DNA of 64,000 nucleotides. It comes from Eledone cirrhosa (Eukaryota). How positions within the stretch are numbered: the stretch's first letter is position 1; the number at the start of each line of letters is the position of its first letter. Under the pieces are notes generated by a model. It was given only the letters and a program-made list of their open reading frames with translations. It was not told where the DNA came from and did not search any database. The translations under genes and the position numbers were made by a program. Shown here piece after piece: positions 59,525 through 64,000 of the stretch. The stretch is from positions 195,114,001 through 195,178,000 of the forward strand of contig OZ024743.1 of NCBI GenBank assembly GCA_964016885.1, written 5' to 3'.

Positions 59525-60455
59525 TACTTGTCTACATACACACTGGTGCTGAATGCATACAGGTGTAACTTTATATAGATAGAGAGATAGATAGATGTAG
59601 ATAGATAGACAGACAAACTTACTAATAGAAATATATAAGAAATATAGGTGATATCAAAGAAACAAAATTAAATTACTATGGTAGAAATTTAATTTTTGAT
59701 TAATATTTATGTTTAAGCATTATACTTAATTACATTTGAATATCTATGCTCATAAATAGAATTAATTAATATATTGTACAATACTTCTTTCTCATTATAT
59801 TACTGATTATCCAAACTCATAAAGATAAAAGATATAGGTCATCTGACCGATTGAAATTTCCATATTTGAATTGGTATAGTGGGAGATATTACCAACATCA
59901 TTTGATTTTAGAATATTTAAATAGTGTCAATGATCGTCTGGAAACAGAATTTAATTACTTAGTGTATACTTAGACCATGATCTCTTTATAATATATGTAT
60001 TTTCGCCTAATCTACGAGGAAATATTCTCTATCTAAATGGCTGATTGTATGTGTACTCGAAAACTAAACTGTTGTTCTGTATTGCATAATACCAAAAATT
60101 CCAAATATATTACAATATCCCTTAATATTATCTTTTGAAATAATACCTAAGCCTTTGTGCACATGAAAGCTTAACCTTTTCTGTTTCCTTTTCTCATTAG
60201 AGTAAGCGATACGATCGATGATCACTATCAGTTTAGTTTCGTGTAAACAGTGGGGGTTAACTGAACAATTTAAAGTACGTAAATTTAAAATAGACAGCGT
60301 AGGTAAGCATATAAGAACTGCTGATTCTTCATATTCAGATCATGCATATTTATTCATCCAAACACACATTAACACACACATATACACTCAAGACCTTCCT
60401 TAACCAGTCCATTGAAATATATATATATATTGTTTTTGCAAGAATAAACATTTAA

Positions 60456-60676
60456 CCCTTTAGCATTTATATTACTCTATATGAACTATTGTATTTTCAT
60501 CGAAAACACTTTATTTCACATAATTATCTCATATAATATCGAATCTAAAATATCTTGATATTATTTATTTTGAGAACAATACCTTAACATAAGTATGAGC
60601 AACCAGTTACAGCTGGTTTGAACAGAAAAAGGTGAGAGAATTCTGGCCGTATATGGCCGGTTTAAATGCTATAAGG
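60456..60676. mobile_element. piggyBac-type MITE
   Basis: TTAA|ccctttagcattta ... taaatgctataagg|ATAA: degenerate TIRs starting CCC with a TTAA-like TSD. Confidence 0.65.
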
Positions 60677-60767
60677 ATAAACTTATATATATATATATAT
60701 ATATCCTTATCGAGCCCTCTTTGAATTTTAGACTTTAAATTTATTATTATTCCTATATATATATATA

Positions 60768-61954
60768 CTAGCATTAAAGCCCGGCGTTATTCGGGGTCAG
60801 TAAGTTACCAAAGTTAGGTTGCACCACCCATTTTATGGCAGCACTGTTTTGTTTGCCCGGCACTGGTTGAATGAATTCCAGACCTGAACTGCCGAAGCAG
60901 GAGCTGCGCCAGCAGTGACAATTGTAGTTTCGCCTATTGATATTATCTATGTGCAAAGAAGTGTTGAAGTTTATCACAGTACTTGCGCAACACGCGCGTA
61001 GACGATACCAACCGTACAACAGAGCTGCGATGGAGATGTTCTGCATGGTTGTCTAATATGTTTTCTAAATTTAAGACAGTAGGGAGTGGTGTAATACGGG
61101 GGAGAGTTAGCTGCTGTTTCTAGCAGGTTTAGTGACCTCATAGAGGATATGTTTTCTAAATTTAAGACAGTAGGGAGTGGTCTGATAGGGGGGGTGAGAG
61201 TTAGCTGCTGTTTCTAGCAGGTTTAGTGACCTCATAGAGGATATGTTTTCTAAATTTAAGACAGTAGGGAGGGTGTGATATGGGGGAGAGTTAGCTGCTG
61301 TTTCTAGCAGGTTTAGTGACCTCATAGAGAATATGTTTTCTAAATTTAAGACAGTAGGGAGGGGTGTGATATGAGGGAGAGTGTCTAGTAGGTTTAGTGA
61401 CCTCATAGAGTGTATTATTGTGTATAGTAAATAAACTGATACTTCTTTCTTCCAGCTTCGTTGAGAGGTTTTAAACAAGATTTATCGCTATTTTTGTTGT
61501 TGTTGAATAAATTTAACTGTTGGTTTTGAATAATTGTTGTTTCGTATGAAATGTAATAAGTTCTCTTTGTCATTGAAGTAAATAAATGTTTGAGCGTTCC
61601 ACACTCAAAAACAAACGTTCTCTCTCTCCTTCTCACTCTCTTCTCTCTCTCTCTCTCTTCGGCGTTCCTAAAGGAAGTTTGTAAGCATGTATGTAGTTTT
61701 ATCGAATTTTAAGGGGAGTAGAGAGAGGTACTATGATTGTATTAGAGGGGAAAATGCGTCATGTATTTAGTTTTATCGATTATTTCCGTAATTGTGGGTG
61801 AGTTTGAATGAAATAAATAGTCAATGACCTAAGTTAGACCATTTACAACATTCTTCCAGACGTAGAGTCAAATCGGTTTAAAATTGTGCAAATATATAAA
61901 CATGGAACATGCACACACACACAACAACAACAATCTGCCTTTTATAGATAATGA
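60768..61954 (-). mobile_element. Non-autonomous Helitron with an internal tandem array
   Basis: The minus strand begins A|TCATTATCTATAAAAGGCAG (alternative TC start at 61948) and ends cccga-ataacg-ccggg ctttaatg CTAG|T. This gives a 5' TC, a subterminal hairpin, a 3' CTAG and an A|T target. Confidence 0.85.
61056..61410. repeat. Tandem repeat of about 91 bp, 4 copies, inside the Helitron
   Basis: atatgttttctaaatttaagacagtaggga...gagttagctgctgtttctagcaggtttagtgacctcatagag at about 61057, 61149, 61241 and 61331. Confidence 0.95.
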
Positions 61955-62054
61955 TATATCTATGTATATAAGTTTATCCTGGGTTCAATCGGGGGTAACC
62001 ACAGTAAGTAAGGTACTCAATTCAAAGCAGAGTATGAATATTTAATATAGAAAT

Positions 62055-62105
62055 GGCTTCTACAGGACTAGAACTGTTTCATTCGAGAGAAATCATCAGG
62101 AAGCC
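62055..62105 (-). ncRNA. Type I hammerhead ribozyme (same family as 28519), within pLTR 61970-62170 that also folds back
   Basis: The reverse complement reads ggcttc CTGATGA t ttc tctc gaa t GAAA cag ttctagtc ctg TA gaagcc. Confidence 0.8.
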
Positions 62106-62182
62106 GACTGTTCAAGTATTACTTGGAATGGAACAGTTCTAGTCCTGTAGAAGCCATTTCTATATTGAATATAGAAATCGAG

Positions 62183-62274
62183 ACATATCTGAGGATCTTA
62201 CGATTTCAGAGTCAGGTTGATCATTGCATCGATCGTGCCTCGAGCTGGTCACCAGAGAAACGATTCTAATATGT
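62183..62274 (+). ncRNA. Hammerhead-like fold with an extended stem II and a degenerate stem III
   Basis: acatat CTGAGGA tct-[55 nt]-aga GAAA cgattc TA atatgt, followed by AATAAA and (TA)n. Confidence 0.55.
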
Positions 62275-62318
62275 TTAATAAATGTTATTCGTCGCACCAC
62301 TGATTCTCCGTTTCTTAT

Positions 62319-62372
<54 letters not shown>

Positions 62373-62818
62373 ATATTAATTCAATATATTAACAAAAATA
62401 GACATTCGTGTGATCAAGTATATTTTATTATACATATATCAGAGGTACTGAGCTATCTTCAACAGTTCGTACTCATCAGATAAAATAAGATGATGCATGA
62501 CATACCCTGACATAGTAGATGGTTAAGATTCAGTCATGGTAGTGAATATGATATGACAAGACTCAATATTTAGATTGAGACATGAACAAAACTTACATGT
62601 AAATTTTATACTAGATCACACGAATGTCTATGTTTGCTAATATTTTGAATTAATATTAATAACTCTGTAAAAGCATCCTATTGGGTGCTTCCAATCTATT
62701 GTAAAACTCCTTCTCTGATTTATTCATTGAACCATGTTTAACATTTAAATATATATATATTAGGAAATGTGAAGACTAAAATCGGAAGAGGGCTCGATAA
62801 CGAGTATATATAGATACA

Positions 62819-62958
<140 letters not shown>

Positions 62959-63471
62959 TACACACATACATGCTAGATAGAATGTAACATGTCCAGACAC
63001 ACACTTCACTCTATGCGCTTCTTCACTGCTGGTCGATATCTGAATATATAGTCATGGTATGACTGGAACCAAGGAGATTTGGCCCTTAGTCGTCCGAGAA
63101 TAATATTACAAGCGTGTAATAAATAGGACTAGTCAATCAGAGCTAACCGGATGCTACATTACAGTCATAACAACAATCATTTTAGTGCCATAAGTAAAGT
63201 GCGAAGACATTTTCTGTCCGGTGTTACGAATTATTGAAGAGATTTACAACATATTTCCTGCAGCGAACCTTACAAAATGATGCACATAACATTAGCTGGT
63301 TTACACACTGAATGAATAATTTAACAAACGCCGTGTTCAGCTCAGGCCACATTAAATAATACATACGAAGCAAATAAAAACGCAGTTGAACGAAAGAAAC
63401 CATTGGTGGATAAATTACGAGAAAGGGAACCTGAATATTTCATACAAATATTTATTATGATACTCAGATTA

Positions 63472-63665
63472 GGGCGCTAGATTGGCAAAATTGGTAGGGT
63501 GTCGGACAAAATGTTTAGCGGCATAGAGTTACGTCCCTTAACTTTCAGGTTTCAAATCCCAACGAGGTTAGCTTTGCCTTTCATCCTTTTGGGGTCGATA
63601 AAATAAAGTACCATTAATGCATTGGGGTCGATTTAATCGACCAATGATTGTTGGTCTTGTGCCTA
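63472..63665 (+). mobile_element. Nin/Deu SINE
   Basis: ggcgctagattggcaaaattggtagggtgtcggac...ttcaaatcccaacgaggttagctttgcctttcatccttttggggtcgataaa...ggtcttgtgcc. Confidence 0.85.
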
Positions 63666-64000
63666 AATCAGAAAACATTCTGATACTCAAAATAGTCATA
63701 GTTATCACGACAGCCATGCAAGAACAAATGAAAGGTCTGATGCCCCACCAGTTCGGCTGGTTACCAGTGATTGTATTAGTGCATACAAAATCTTTAATAA
63801 CTTGAAAACAAGAAGTGACACAGATACACAGTAACTTGGCTATTCAGATGTGAAAAGATGGATTTCAGTTATACAGAATTAAATTAGTTGATTTATGCTT
63901 CGTTAGTATCATAACCTGCAAGTTTAAACTGTCATTGTGATTACTGACGCCAAACTTTATATAAATGAAAGCATACATAAACTCGCTGACATGAATATTT

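Noticed and set aside
61056-61410. Regular repeats with short variable segments resembling a CRISPR array
   Set aside because: The variable parts are homologous G-rich variants rather than unique spacers, there are no cas genes, the context is eukaryotic, and the array lies inside a Helitron.

Overview
This is eukaryotic, AT-rich, microsatellite-saturated intergenic or intronic DNA. The SINE, MITE and Penelope content is consistent with an octopod cephalopod genome (inference). I could not support any host protein-coding gene, tRNA, rRNA or CRISPR array; most entries in the ORF track are (TA)n/(CA)n/(GA)n artefacts. Recognisable content: several Penelope-like elements (PLEs; RT and GIY-YIG fragments, mostly bounded by TA repeats and often partly inverted), two Tx1/L1-clade LINEs, many copies of a tRNA-derived Nin/Deu-domain SINE, a non-autonomous Helitron with an internal tandem array, a Helitron Rep remnant and a piggyBac-type MITE. 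The most notable hidden signal is a dense and diverse set of type I hammerhead ribozymes (HHRs), about 14 copies in about 8 sequence families, including canonical, covarying, U3/A8, U4A and stem-II-less forms. The best one lies inside a 627-bp non-coding, terminally redundant unit with a 15-bp target-site duplication, which looks like an integrated retrozyme or circular RNA. All ribozyme folds were made by eye and need computational and biochemical confirmation.
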